Part shown: one piece after another, positions 11,302-24,944 of the stretch
Layout: each line of letters starts with the position of its first letter
How positions within the stretch are numbered: position 1 is the first letter of the stretch
Assembly: GCF_902459465.1 (NCBI RefSeq)
Contig: NC_047073.1
Span: 4,898,001 to 4,962,000 of the forward strand
Direction of reading: 5' to 3'
Source of the DNA: Asterias rubens
Taxonomy: Eukaryota
DNA: 64,000 nt
Position numbers and translations under genes: made by a program
Notes under the pieces: generated by a model
Database searches by the model: none
What the model saw: only the letters and a program-made list of their open reading frames with translations
Told to the model about the DNA's origin: nothing

Positions 11302-14300
11302 GCATCGTCAGAGTTTGATGCACAAATCTCTGATGAGTATCTTTTTGTTACGAACGCAGAGACCAAAGCCTTTCTACGCAGCGCATCAGAACATCCAGAT
11401 AAAGAGCTCAAATACGTGTATCATTCAACAGTGATCAGCCCCTGCCATTCGTTTTTGTTGTCCCAGGGGCACTTCATGCCACAGCACACCTGGATGCTTT
11501 TCAGGAACTGCGCCTGGAGGGTATCAGGATGTTCCACAGGTAGACCGCATCTGTGTCGGCACCTAATTTGATTCAAATGGTTACCGGTCAAAAGCTACAA
11601 ACCGGATGCTCTTGAAGACTTTTGTTTTTCATGTAATTTATTTCACCTCTCCCCTCTTCCATTTCCTTACATCCACTAACAACCTCCTCCTAAATCTTAC
11701 CAAAAATGCGTTCTTTATTGCTGCCGATGACGATGAATCTCAGCGCAAGAGTTTGTTACCTCCGTCTAGGCCTTGAGCTGATCAGTTCCTATAGGCCGAG
11801 AAAATTACACTAAAGTTGCCGCTTTTGTCCGGGGCAGTGAAGAAAATATTCACTTCCCTGGGAAGACTAATCTGCTTGTTGTCCTGCAACCTTTAATTAA
11901 GTGAGACTTTCACTGGGAAAGTCGCAGGGGTCCCCCCCCCCCCCACCCAAGGCAGGCATTACATGTACATGTATGCCCTGATTTTGGAAAAAATTCTGGA
12001 TTCTTTCCAAATGTCAGAATTTCGCCAAAAAAAAAGCAATGATGAATGCCGCCCCCGTGGATTCCGTCGAACTAGATGTAGATTCTTTTAGCTGCTGTCC
12101 ATGACAGGAAGGTATAGAGTTGATCAAGCGGCTGTACTTACTCATCAACAAAACGATGCACATGAAAGCGGGCAGCAATCGCTCCCATTAGGCCCAGGAA
12201 CTCATTCAATCAGCACTGGCGGAAAGCTTGGACAATTGAAGGAGAACGAATCAATTGGATGCTTGTCTCCCCCTTTTCTTTTTTTGCTGAATGGTTTTGT
12301 CTCTACCCCAAAAATATTCATGTCAGGCAGAGGCAGAGTACTCTACGTACACTTGATTTATTTTGAATGTATGAAATGTCAAAAGGTTTCAACCCCCCCC
12401 CCCCCAAAAAAAATAATAAAAAATCCGAGTTTATAGCAGACCTTGTGTTTTCAAAGAAAATTTTGTACACATCTCTCTGTACAAAATATTTATATTATAA
12501 GTACAGATGTAAAGCGAATGGTGCCAAGCCTGAAATTACACAGAGAGGTCATGGACTGTGACACCCCTGCGCAATGGTCTTGTCTCAGTGCATCTTCAAA
12601 AGACTTGCATATAATCTACAGTAATATTTTCTAATGAGAGTAACATTGCAAAGTACATGTAGAAATGGCCTCCCCTCTGTAGATGTGGTATCATACATGT
12701 ACAGTGTACATTGAAATGCTCACAAAAAAATTCATGTAGACAAATATATAATTTTGGTTGTGAAACAAAAATTAATTAGGCCTACATAGATGTTAAATTT
12801 GCATCATGTTTACAGGTGTTTTAAAAAAGAAAAAAATAGAAAGGAAAAAAAAGCAGGCCAGAATTTTACGGATTGACGACTTTTAGAGTAGACCTTTGAT
12901 GGCCATTCCACTGTCAGAAAATGTCATTGTGGTTCATTGTGTCTTGTTTTGATTGACGCCAGTCGATTGACACGCATGCATTAAACATCTTTAGTGTGCG
13001 TACCAAGCTTTTAGTGTCCTTCTCTCGCTGTTTCTATTTGTAGAAAATGATGGCAAACCACTTACGTGGAAATTTGTTTTGGTTTTTTCTTCAAATTTAA
13101 TGCCAAAGTTTATCAGATACATGTACGTTGTGCATGTACATTGTTATGTGCTCAGTCTGTAAAGAATGCTAGACTGGCTGCTCTTGACTGTAGAAATGTA
13201 ATGGCCAGGAATTTCATTTTTGAGACAGCAAGGCCATTTTTATTTAGCAAAGGCCATTGGCAAATCTTGAAGTCTGTAGGAATTAATTTTCAGGGGGCAC
13301 CAAGGCCATAACCATGGGGCAACAGATGACATGGGCTGCTTCCAGTTCAATTCAAGACCTGCACTGTTGATTTACTGACCCAGTGATAAAAGTAGTGAGA
13401 CTGTGGTGCAGTGGGTTAAACTATTTGTATTTTGAACCCTTCTTGTAAAAAAAGTTTCAGTATAAAAAGAAAATGACATTCTTGCAGGTTCTTCTAACAA
13501 GAGTAAAAAATAAAATACCAGACATTGACAACAATTTTCTTTCAGCTCTAAAAAGAAATCCCAATGTTCAAAACAATGCAAAAGCACTTTACTACAAATG
13601 GAGGATACAAAAAGCATCTAGAAGAATGTTCTTCGGCTGTCCCTGAATATCACAAGACAATTTACTTATATGTACAGCAAGGCCTTGATGACACGCCTAA
13701 ACGAAGACCTTGCAGCCTGTGTCTGTGAAAACACATTTACTTGGAACACCCTACAAACAGCTCAGGAGCAAGCGGAGCTGCATCGGGATGCCCACTTGCC
13801 AACTTTACATACTTGACACATTTCGCACCCGTCGAGGATCTGCACTCGTCACATTTTGCACCTGTGGAGGTGCAACACTTGCCTCAGTTTCCAAAACAGT
13901 CAAATTAATTTTGATCAAGGGTTTTGGAAACACTGAAATGCTTTTACAAGACCCAGGCTGTGAAAGGCTAAGATAATTAAGAGAGACAGGGTGGGTCTTG
14001 ATTTAAGAACAAGATGTAACAACAAACTAGAGTAAAATGATTTCAACACCCAATGTAGAATTTCTCCCCAAGATAACCTGGTTAATGTTAGCGCATTACA
14101 CAGTGTAATACGCGCAGGCAAAATGTAGAATAAATAAATATGACAATTGTATGAAAATTTAAAAATCCTGGAAATTTGATATCAATCTCTTTATGATAGA
14201 AATGAAGCTACCAGAATACATGTAACAGAATGTTACACATACATGTACATGTACGTAGAGGTTTAAAGACTCTCCATTTCAAATAGATCTTAATGTCTCA

Positions 14301-14354
14301 TACACTGTACGAAACAAGGGCCAAGTCTCTCCACTTGTTCCTAAAATGCACACC

Positions 14355-14760
14355 TTTTGAGATGTTCATTCACACATAGCTGGATCTCTTCTCTGGAATT
14401 AACTTCCTCAAGATATCTGTAATAATTTCTGATACCCAGACTTTAAAAACAATCAAAACTCATCTTGTCAAGTGATGTTTCTTTAATACCTAGTTTAATA
14501 CATTAAATTTGTAATCATTGTATACTTTTTTCTGTAATTGATATTTTGCTTTCGTTTCACTGGATACACAACTTGTATTGTTTGTTTAAATTGTCTGCTT
14601 GTATGCGCATTGAACATCTGTTTAGATTAATTTGGCGCTTTATAAATGATATTAATTATTTACTTTGTATTATCTCTTATGATGCCAAATTTGCCCAACC
14701 AGACAATTTGATGGTGCTTGGAAATCTGGAAAATTTTGACAAATCACTTGCCTGATAAAA
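14355..14760 (+). mobile_element. 3' fragment of an L2/CR1-group LINE
   Basis: Degraded ORF2 C-terminus F-T-H-A-G-S-L-L-W-N-*-L-P-Q-D-I...F-K...K-T-H-L-V-K-*, followed by a T-rich 3' UTR. Confidence 0.65.
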
Positions 14761-17700
14761 CGGTCGTTTGTGGCCCCTAATCATAGAACAAAAAATATTT
14801 ATTTTTTGTACTTAAATATAACCAAATTTAAACTTACTGCAATGTTTTTAATAAAGATACACAGCCAGCAAAGCTGCCAACATTTGCATCTTGCATTCAG
14901 CAAGATGTTGTATTTAGAATTACATTCATCATGTTTCCATAATCAAGGAGATTTTCAAAATTTGTGACAAGATTGCTTCATTTTCAGCAATCTTTCTGTA
15001 GACTTGGGAAACTTGGCAGCTCTGCTACATGTAAGTGGTTGATGCTACTCAAATACGTGTATAAAAACACAAGACTACTAGACTTGCTGGTTAGGACTAT
15101 TGCTGGTCATGGGTTTACAGGCCTGATGCTAGAATTGCTTGCTCGCCTCCGGCCTCTAGTCAATTTTGAGCCCTGCTTCTACCCAACCTGTTTCATTACA
15201 TATTCATCATCTTTGTTTTTATCTCGTGATGGATACAGTATGCCTCGACAGACAATAAAGGGCTTGTGACGGCAGTACAGAACTTATCAACGATGTGCTC
15301 TTAACATTCCTTACTCGGATGTATACATTTTATACACGATCTTGTTTCGTTCATTAATCTCAGTTTGAAAGGAATGTAAACACAATGGTGCGCTAACTCC
15401 CCATTGTTTGTTTACAATTCTAAATGTACATGTATGGAAGGAATATTAATTAATAAGTTAAAGGGCAAAGTATACCTTTGTTTTTTAGCATCGTTCAATT
15501 GTTTTATTCCTAAAATTGTGTAACCTGTGAAAATTTCATTACAAAACATACTTTTTTTTTTAGATATCGCCACAAAAATCTGGAGGCGGTTATTTCCCAG
15601 AGGACGAATAATCCATATTATTGAAAAACACAACCTGAGAAACAATTCATCTACATGTATGTAGAAACATTCCTCAGATTTTTCAGATTGATTGTTTGTG
15701 AATCCTTTTTTCTAAAACGAAATGTCTTTGACGAGTAGCGTTTCTCAAAACGGTACATGTATGAACATGTACATGTACACACTGTCATCAACAGCTGCAA
15801 TACTTCTTACCAAGGAAGTTTTCATGTCTCAGTATTTCTTTGAGTAATTACCAAAGGTATACTGTAACCCTCCCTTTAACCCACATATATTTATTCATTT
15901 TTTTTGTTTGAATAAAACATCATCATCCTTCATGTCCTTACCCTCAGTGAAACCTACAATTTAGAACATCTTGTTGTAATCTTGTATCCCGCGGAAATCG
16001 ACATCAGACCGACTCCGAACTAAGTCCCCAATGTTGGAATTATAAACCGAGACGAGCCAGCGAGTAAACATCGCGTTACATGGCGTCGTCGCTGTGGCTT
16101 GTTGTGCCAAAGCGCTGCGATTATTTCACAGCAATCGACATTAACAATGTAAGGCCTGGCGGGTGTGTAATCTAACTGGAGGGGCTTGCTTTGCGCGAAG
16201 AAGAAATTGTTATTCCCTATTCCCTGGCAAGGCAGGAGTGTGAGGAAACATGTCGCGCTCTGAAGACTTGGGGAAGCAGATGATGCAGAGCACTAGAGTA
16301 AGGGCAGGGGTAGATTGAGATATCACTTTGTTTTTAAGAGAAAAAAACTCTCGAAAAAAACACAAGTTTATAAATTGAGACAAGACAACTGAAACCCATT
16401 AGAGGTTACTCAAGAATGATTTCAGAAATAATCAACCAACAGCCCGAGTAAAAAAAACTGCACTTTAAATGAACTAAGGATGACAGATCCATGGAGTGAC
16501 GTCTAACCATGGTCTAACAGAAACAAACATCCGAAGAAGTCATTCAACCCAGGGTACTTTGTACTTGTATAAAATACAATTGCACATACTTAAATAGCAT
16601 TTGTGATTAATACTAAACCAAAGTCAATTGTTCGTCAGTGAATGGCCACATGGTGACTAGGCATATGTTGTGATGGTGAAACCATTCGACACGTTTGAAT
16701 GGTTTCATTTTCATGCTGAAAATCAAATTCATTCACTGAAACTACCAATCATGCATAAATAATTTATATTCATAAACCATGACTAAAATAATAGTCTTTG
16801 TGTATTTTTATTGATCCCAGCATGCACATCTGTGTGTTTATTTATACCACCTGCATTTTCTCTAGCCATGGCAACCATTTGTTTACCTGTGGTTAGGAGC
16901 CTGGCTGTTCAGATTTTTAACTAATGTTGATCAGTTGGTCTATGAATGATTTAACTTGATTTTATTTACAAAGTTCTTTTTCTTCGAATCCGGGTCTTGA
17001 ACTACACTTTGCAATGGAGGTGCCCTTTACAAAATGAAAATGGCCTTGCCCTTTCGACATATTCAACAACGAACTTCCAGGCCTGCCTAAAATTCCTCTT
17101 CCTTTTGAAGGTGAAACCATGGTTACAGTGTACATTTATACTGTAGGCCTACATTAAATTTCCCAGACTGCAATCAAATTTTACTAGGCAGGTACATTTA
17201 GACGATTAAAACAATCTATCAGTTCAAAAAACCAACAGTACACATTACCTTTAAAATGGAGCAGTTCCGAATCTGATCTGGCACATTGAGCCAGTGTCAG
17301 TTTACCTCACATACCAAGCCCACTATGCCATCTACAATGAGGGCAGAAGCTTCTAGAGTTCTTCCACCTGTATACAGTTTCTTTTTCTGCAAAGAACGCC
17401 TTATAACAAGAGACAAGGGACATTTCTAGGTTGCTCATTTACATAGGTACAATACAAAACACTGAGGCCTGTATGTCAGCAGCACCAAGTCCTGGATCAC
17501 GTTTCGGCTTTGCCAGGGAAATCCTGGCGACCTGATTGGAATAAATGGAAAGGATTTTGCTGGGGCCAAACAGCAAAATGGAAAGGAGCGATTCCTGTTG
17601 TTTAAGAATAAACCAAATTAACCTGTGTGTAGCTCACACCAGCTTAAAGAGTATTCCTACAGAGTGACTGATTGGTGCAACAACACTATCCTGTGAAATA

Positions 17701-19014
17701 TCATCAAGTGGCTAGAAGACAGTGACATCTACATGTAGACTCTCAGCACACATTAACCTGACACATCTACTGTACGACAACAGACAGAACAGCTGAAGCT
17801 AAAATATTGTTCATCAAAGGGCAAACAACTGTCTATCTTTTTCTCCAGGCAGGGACTGACTTTGTTTAGCAGTTTTCGCTTTGCGCAATATAGTAAGACT
17901 GAACTCATTTTGTGCCTAAAAATGCTGAACTTGGGTTGCAAATTGAGTTTGTTCTGAGGAGCATATGTTACACAGTGTGTAGCATTTTGCTTTGCCATTT
18001 CACTTTGCTCTATCGAGCTTGATTAAACGGCTAGGTGACACAATTCTGCATCCTGCATCCGGGGTGTACAGTACATGATGTGCATTATATTTCATATAAA
18101 AACTACACTACATATAGTACATAAATTGGTATACTATTCCTCTAGAACAACATCAGAATTGTTTCCGATTGTTTAGGACCTAATACATAGATGTGTATGT
18201 ATGTTAGTACATGTGTGTACTATGGCAGGTCTGATTGGCCCATTTGTTTTTTAAAAGGGCAGGATTTTTTCAGCCATACAAACTACACAACCTAGGTACT
18301 AGTCCTGAGCTGTCCATGTACAGTCCTGTAGGATACAAGACATGTGTACATCATCATGCTCAGGGTGTCAAGTTGAGTGATTTGCTCGAAGCATGGAAAC
18401 TCAAAGTCAAACCTGTGCAGGATTCAACTTCCTTGATCTAAACATTCAGCAACCCCTAAATCATCAAATATCCGAGGCCTCTTTTTGATGGACTCAATTC
18501 TGCGTACTGAAAATCAACAGCACGCATTGACCGGCACGTCAATCTTATCAAATTCTACTCCTATGGCTGTTAACTGTGGAAAAATAAGAAGCCAACCATA
18601 ATTGGATACTGAGTGCACTCTAGAACAAGGGTTTACAGTGTAACTGAAGACGATTTTCAAGATGTTTGTTAATAAAAAGTTTTAGATACCACCTAGATTT
18701 TCTGTCTGTCAACCTCATGAATCTACTGAATAGTAGCTTTAGCCCTATCACTTGTGCAATATTTTAAGTCGTTTTAATTTATCTACAAGTTTAGGTTTTA
18801 TTTATTTATTTATTTCCCTTTATTGTTTATCCTTACCCCATCTGTTATTTTTACTTATTTATTTATTTTTTATTTTTATTTTTAATTTAATTTATTTTTT
18901 ATTCTTAATATATATTTAGCATTTTCTATTGATTTTTAATTTTCTGCTTTTATTATTGCTTTGTGTACTATATTATGTTAAATCTATATTAATTTTATTG
19001 TGTACCCCAGGTGT

Positions 19015-19145
19015 GGGGCAACAGATCTACGGATCATAGTATGTATTTGCTTTTGTTGTCCCTTGCCCATCTTGGGGTATAATGTTGTCAATGTATTTTG
19101 TTTTGTACTGTTATGGCGAATACAATAATAATAATAATAACAAAA
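19015..19145 (+). mobile_element. Retroposon 3' tail with (AAT)n; second copy at 33836-33960
   Basis: atctacggatcatagtatgtatttgctttt...ggcgaatacaataataataat recurs near-identically 14.8 kb downstream. Confidence 0.8.
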
Positions 19146-19733
19146 ATAAAAAGAGGAAGTTTAAGATCTGCATCGGTAAGAAAGTCACGCTTCTACTTCC
19201 TCCGTTGTGCATGATGCAGCTGATCATCAGAATGCATTCAAGACATGAAAGCTCCCAAGGCGCTGTGTGAATGTGATGAGAATAGAGCTCAGTTCTAGCG
19301 TAGTCAGTGATTAAAATTGGTCCTCGATCTTTGATGCGACAGGCATGCGCAGGCGGATAAGGTGTTTGACAGGGGGTGAGGACTTGTCTGGAAGATGGGC
19401 ACTTGTGGTGTGTTTCCGACATGATGGATATGTTTTCCTGGTCAAGACTCGAAGCGGAGCTGATTCACTGATTGGATAGGCGACAATGTACAAATGGTTC
19501 TGAGTTCAGCTTGCAGCTAAATTCTGAGCTAAAATATTCAATAAAATGGATGGGCCTACATGTAATCCATCACTCAAAACTGTTTTAGTGATTGATAGTA
19601 TGTAATAAAGGTGTTTTAGTGAATGATAGTATGTACTAAACGTACAGTATACAGTGTGAGAGAAGTGGACCTTGTAACATCTTGTACTGCTGTGGTTTTG
19701 ACTGAGTCAGTAAACTGATGTTCTATGGGTTTC

Positions 19734-19909
19734 CAGGCCTGTATGCTTCATTTTTAAAAGGGCAAGGGCACCAAGGCATTTCCTCCTTGGTAAAGGGCAC
19801 CCTATGAGGAAATTGTAAATTTCTACTGGAGCATTTCAAGGGCACCAAGGCAATGACCAGGGGCAATAGAGGCAATTGCCTTCGTTGCCTCCGTGAAGTA
19901 TCAGGCCTG
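19734..19909. mobile_element. CAGGCCTG-terminal MITE, 6-bp TSD
   Basis: caggcctgtatgcttc ... gaagtatcaggcctg; GGTTTC on both flanks. Confidence 0.85.
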
Positions 19910-22480
19910 GGTTTCAGCTCAGGCAAAGATTATAGAGTACTGAGGGCGAAAGTTGGAACTCAATACATGTTTTTTGTGCTTTCCATATTATTTTTTTTCC
20001 AGCACCTTGGGATTTGTTTGGTCTTGTACGTGTACATGGCGATCGCAGAAAAACATCGGCTCCATAAACATATACTACAAGACAGTACTATGGTAGAGAT
20101 AACATTTTTAAAATGTAAAAAATCTATAATAATAATACTAAAAATACGTCAGTCATCCCTCGTGATTTCTAGACCCAGATATGCTCAGTGATTTCTATTC
20201 ATCTTCGTTTACCAGTGGTGGGCATTAAAACACTTACAAAACTTCCCCTGAGAGACTTGTGCCAGGCCCAGTCAAAATTCTATTGATTTAGATTTAAGTA
20301 GTGAAACGCTTTTCCTACATGTAGCTTCTGAACAAATTGAACAGAGGTGCATGCATTACAAATTCAAACAGTGGCTGATGCATTAAACTCCGTGGGGAGG
20401 GGCTTGAGTGCATTTAAGGGTGGGCTAAATTGTATGCTTTATGGAATGAAAATCAGTCCAAGTTGACACAGTAACTCTTGGGACTGTGGCCGCTGGTCCT
20501 GAGTTATCCTGAGTAGCGAGCACCAAGAGCATGGAGATGGAGCAGGGCCCAAAAGAGATGAGGAGAGATGTGAGGATATTATTTGCCACCATCATGGTTG
20601 ACTTGATAATCATTGGTGCATGTTGTGTCAGAGATGAATAAAACAAAAGTTGTCATGAGAAATAATGGCCCTTTAAAAAACCATGTCTACAGACATCTTA
20701 CGTAAATGTAGGCTCTGGCTTGGGCTCCGGCTTACAGATTGAGCCTTAACCTTGAGCACAAGCCATGGCCGCTGTTTCGAAAGAAGCCTATCACTGCGAT
20801 TGCACTTAATCCAGAAATGTTGATTGCGATCCGGCATTTGTATCAGGACCACAGATCAAGATTTTATGTTGAGTTTACACTGGCACAGAGTGGCAGTGTT
20901 TGATCCAGCTCTGATCCCACTTTTAATCACAGCAGTCACACAGAAAAACCTGTCCTTCCTAGCAAATCTAATGGCCATTCAAAATAGTCAATGCTGAAAA
21001 GAAATAAGTTTTTTATTGAAACTGTTTTGACCCGCCACCCACTTGTTTCCTCTTTGATTTTTTAATATTGACAATTCCGAATCAGGCCTCTTTTGGGAGT
21101 ATTGGTGATCTTTATTCTGGCTGTAAAGATTCTCAAAAGTCCACTTGAGATGTTGACTGTACGTATATGTTTATTGTATGGGTACACATCAGTCCAACAA
21201 ATTGGTCAAGTTATGACAATGGCAGTAAATATAACAGAGTCTGAACTGAATGGCCTGGGCTTGGGTTTGCTCTCTGCAGTACAACCCGGTCGTCGCCTCT
21301 TTGCCTCAGGTGGGTGCTAATTAAATCATTTATATCGAACTTCGTGGGAATCGGTCACATTGTGCCAAAACACAAAAAAAGTAGCTCGGGCGAAACCCTC
21401 CTGAAGTATTTCATATTAAGAGAGTGTGTATTATTTAAATTGAATATTGGGATCGATTGCTTTCGTTGGCCTAGGCCGTGGCCCGAAGGGAGGAATGGTA
21501 ATTTTACGCACGTTAGCAACTCTGTTGTTGCCCAGACCGTGAAACTGAAAGACGCATGTAACACCGGAATGGAGTCATCAAGTTTATATTTTATTGCTGA
21601 TGAATATTACATTAAGTATTTTAGTGGGGGGAGAAAGGCTGGATCTTGTTTCTCGTTCCTGGCACTGTATACTCTCCAACAAGTACTAAGTACGTTTACC
21701 TTCAATGTTATTCAATAATTCAGGTGGAGGGAACGTAGCAGACGTGGGGAGGAGGAAGGAGGAGGGGGTTGGGTGACAAGAGCACCGTGTATATATTGTT
21801 ACTGGCCAACTCAAATCCGCAATAAACCAGAAAGGATGGGTGCATCTACTGTACAAATAGTTGAAGACAGCTTGGGTCTATGTATTGGAGCCGCACGATG
21901 AATAAAGTGTATGGTCTCCACTCTCCAGCCTACTTGTCTAGTGCAATCATTTCCCAGCAGACTTTTGCGAGGTTAATTCACTATGAATGCCGAAAAAGTA
22001 ATAATGCTAGGAGTCCTTCTCGGCGGCTATAAAGCACTCTCCCAGGGTTTAAATGTCAGACCATTAACACTTTTTTGTGAATAATACCACAGTCTGCAGG
22101 TCATTTTGTTTGGTATTTTTTTGCAATAATGTATTTCAAATGGCCTCTATGATATTGGGACATGGTTGCGTTATGGATGTTTTGCTATGGAAGCAATTTT
22201 GTTTTTCCCGAGCTGTTAATTATGTCAGAGAAGTAGTGTCCATATTCACTGCCTGGGATCCCCCCCCCCCCACCCCCTGGGAATAAAGTTATTTGTATTT
22301 TTATGAAACAACCACATCCAAATTAAGGTTGCATCACTAAAATATAAATACAAATTATTTTAATGACTTTTTGGCACACTCTTTTCTAGCATTTCTGACA
22401 ATGTCGGAAACTTAAGTTTTTATTTTCTTTGTATGTCCGTATAACATGCATTGTACATGTTACATAATAAAAATGTTGAG

Positions 22481-22579
22481 GAGAGCGAGATTTTAAACTT
22501 ACTGGATTAACTCGTCGAAGCTCTACCAACTTAATTCTATCCAGCTTCTAATGTTAGTTGTCTCTCTATTATGTCAATT
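22481..22579 (-). mobile_element. Degenerate dispersed copy of the tRNA-like repeat
   Basis: gagagcgagattttaaac...gctctaccaact...ctatccagc..taatgttagttgtctctctattatgtcaat aligns by eye to 48853-48955. Confidence 0.6.
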
Positions 22580-24794
22580 ACATTATTCATGTTTTTTTAT
22601 TAACTAATAACATTAATTAGTATTATTATACTTTTGTTGACAAAATTAAAATGGGTAGTGCGTGAGATTTTTGGGGGGTTGCTTGGGGTTTAGCAAACAG
22701 AAGTATTTTTTTGCGATTGGCCTAAAGGGTGATTTCTTTATTTGCTTCTTTCCAGTAAAATGAAAATGATTTCCAGCTGCAAAACCTACATGAAGGTCAA
22801 TACATATGTTTCCCCTCCCTGCATATTCAGATGTTCACTGGCCCGCCTCGATGCTTTTCACAGCCGCCTTGCTTTTTTTTTGCCAATATTGACGCCTCAC
22901 TGAAATAGAATGATTGCGCGACGAAAAATCCCATGACCTTTAGTGGTCGGTGTGAAACATTAACAAACAAGGCGTCCTCCACAGGTAAAGTGCTGTTGTT
23001 GAAAAGTACATCATGACGGTTGCTGTGACATTTATTCATTTGATTCAAGACTCTTTGGTCTTGAAATACAGCTACATGTACAGTGTACATACAAAATATG
23101 TGAAGAATAAAACAAAGGCTTAGACTTTAACATTTTCCAAAGTAAGCTTAGCTCCCTTTTTAAAATGAAAATGCCTTTGCCCTCTCAAAGATGAAATTCC
23201 AGGCCCGAACACACTGTCCATTACATTCCAGAGTTGATGAAGGACAGGTTTCATCAAGTCTTGGAAATTCTAAGCATTTTATGTTCACAATTTAAATGGA
23301 CGACTGAGTGCACTATCCAAAGCAAGATTGTCACAACTTTGAAGCTGAAATCATTGAAAAGAAAAGGCTTTCCCAAACTGTTTGATTCCTTGTCTATTTT
23401 AAATTCTACCATGCTAATATTATGCTCACCTTTCCAATGCTCTACAAGATCGAAATTACAGGCAACAGACTGGGTGGCTACAGCCCAGATTGGACTCCTC
23501 CTGGCCGTCTGTATACCAGGGCGAGGGTCGCATTTACGGTCTGAGTTGTCCGAAGCTGGTAGTGCATTTAATAACTTTTAAAATGAACCTCTCTTCATTA
23601 CTCTTTGTGGTTGAATACTGGTAATTTATGGAAAAGTAATGGGCACCTCCATTTGTGATACATGTACATATGTAGCTTACAAACCCGTAGTCCGTAGTGC
23701 AAGCTTATAATGCAGCCTTGTCATTGCTGGTCCACACGCACATAGTCTGCTGAGCAAAGTCCTTTGGAAACTGTGTTTACGAAAAACTACCCATATTAAC
23801 ATATCACATGATTGTCAATGATTGTAGGGCTTCATTTTACAAAAATCACACTTGATTAAGGATGCCCTGGATGGACAAAAATATTATTCTACTGCTTCTT
23901 CTTCCCCTGAATTATTGTCTACTACAAGATAAACTACCTTGCTAAATTGTGATTCTAGTGTGAATGTGGCTTTAACTTCCGTGTCAGCGAGGGCTTCCGT
24001 AAAATAAACCAAGGAGAAGAAAAAAACCAAACTGCCTTCTAGGTGAAGGTCAACATTTTAAGTATGTATTTAGTGTTCAAAACCGGTGTTTGTAAAATAA
24101 TAGGTCAAGTTAAACCGTGTTTAACTTAACGCCATAAACTACATGTATCAAGTTTACCAGTTAGAGCTTTGCCGGCTGGTGTAAATGACCAGAACTTGCT
24201 GCACTAGCCAATCAAATAAACAAAAATCCCCTTGTGTTTGTTTGTGCAGCCGTTGCTAATGTCTGACTGAATGAAGGTCATTTATCAAACATCGAATGAA
24301 AGATTTCAGGAAGCTATAAAAATTATCTTCACTTTTGTGTTTGCGATATATCGTAGATTGTCAAAGATTGAGAATTACACTTATTTTTTTGAAATTAAAG
24401 TGTAAAATTTGCTGTTGAGTATAACAAAATACTAAAGCATCAACCAGGTGAGGGCAGTCAAACTGCTTGATAATACTAAATTCTTTAATACATTGGTATT
24501 AACTATGCTGACCTGCCATTTTGGTGTGTGGTGAATCAACCCTACTGTACACAATACAAAGTGCACCTTGCTCAGTTGTACAACCATGCTGGTACACATG
24601 TACATGTGTACCTGGTCTTCTAGTTTTGTTACGTCAAATTAAAATAGAAACTTGGTCAGTATGCAACCAACCGTGCGTGCCTTCACTGTACAATATAACA
24701 AGAACCTTGAAATTTTTGAAAAGAAAATATTTATTGGTGAAACGTGACATCATCTCTTTGGATTTACTCCATTGTACAAGTTACATTACATCCA

Positions 24795-24944
24795 CAATGG
24801 GAGACTTTCTGGGACGATAGAGGGCAGCAGACTTACCGGGTAAATCCATTGTTCTCAGAATTATGCGCATGTTCAGAACTACGTAAACAATGGAAATTTA
24901 CCCGGTATGTCTGCTGCCGCCTAGCGTTGGAAAGTCTCCGATTG
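24795..24944. mobile_element. 150-bp palindromic MITE
   Basis: caatgggagactt / aagtctccgattg and gcagcagacttaccgggtaaat / atttacccggtatgtctgctgc; a fragment occurs near 38120-38190. Confidence 0.85.

Noticed and set aside
11322-11365. Second hammerhead-like string (CTGATGA...GAAC)
   Set aside because: GAAC instead of GAAA, broken stem II and only 3 bp of stem I; most likely chance.
11700-11884. Minus-strand frame with an in-frame TGA suggesting a selenoprotein
   Set aside because: Further stops follow, there is no redox motif or visible SECIS, and neighbouring coding-like signal is on the plus strand.
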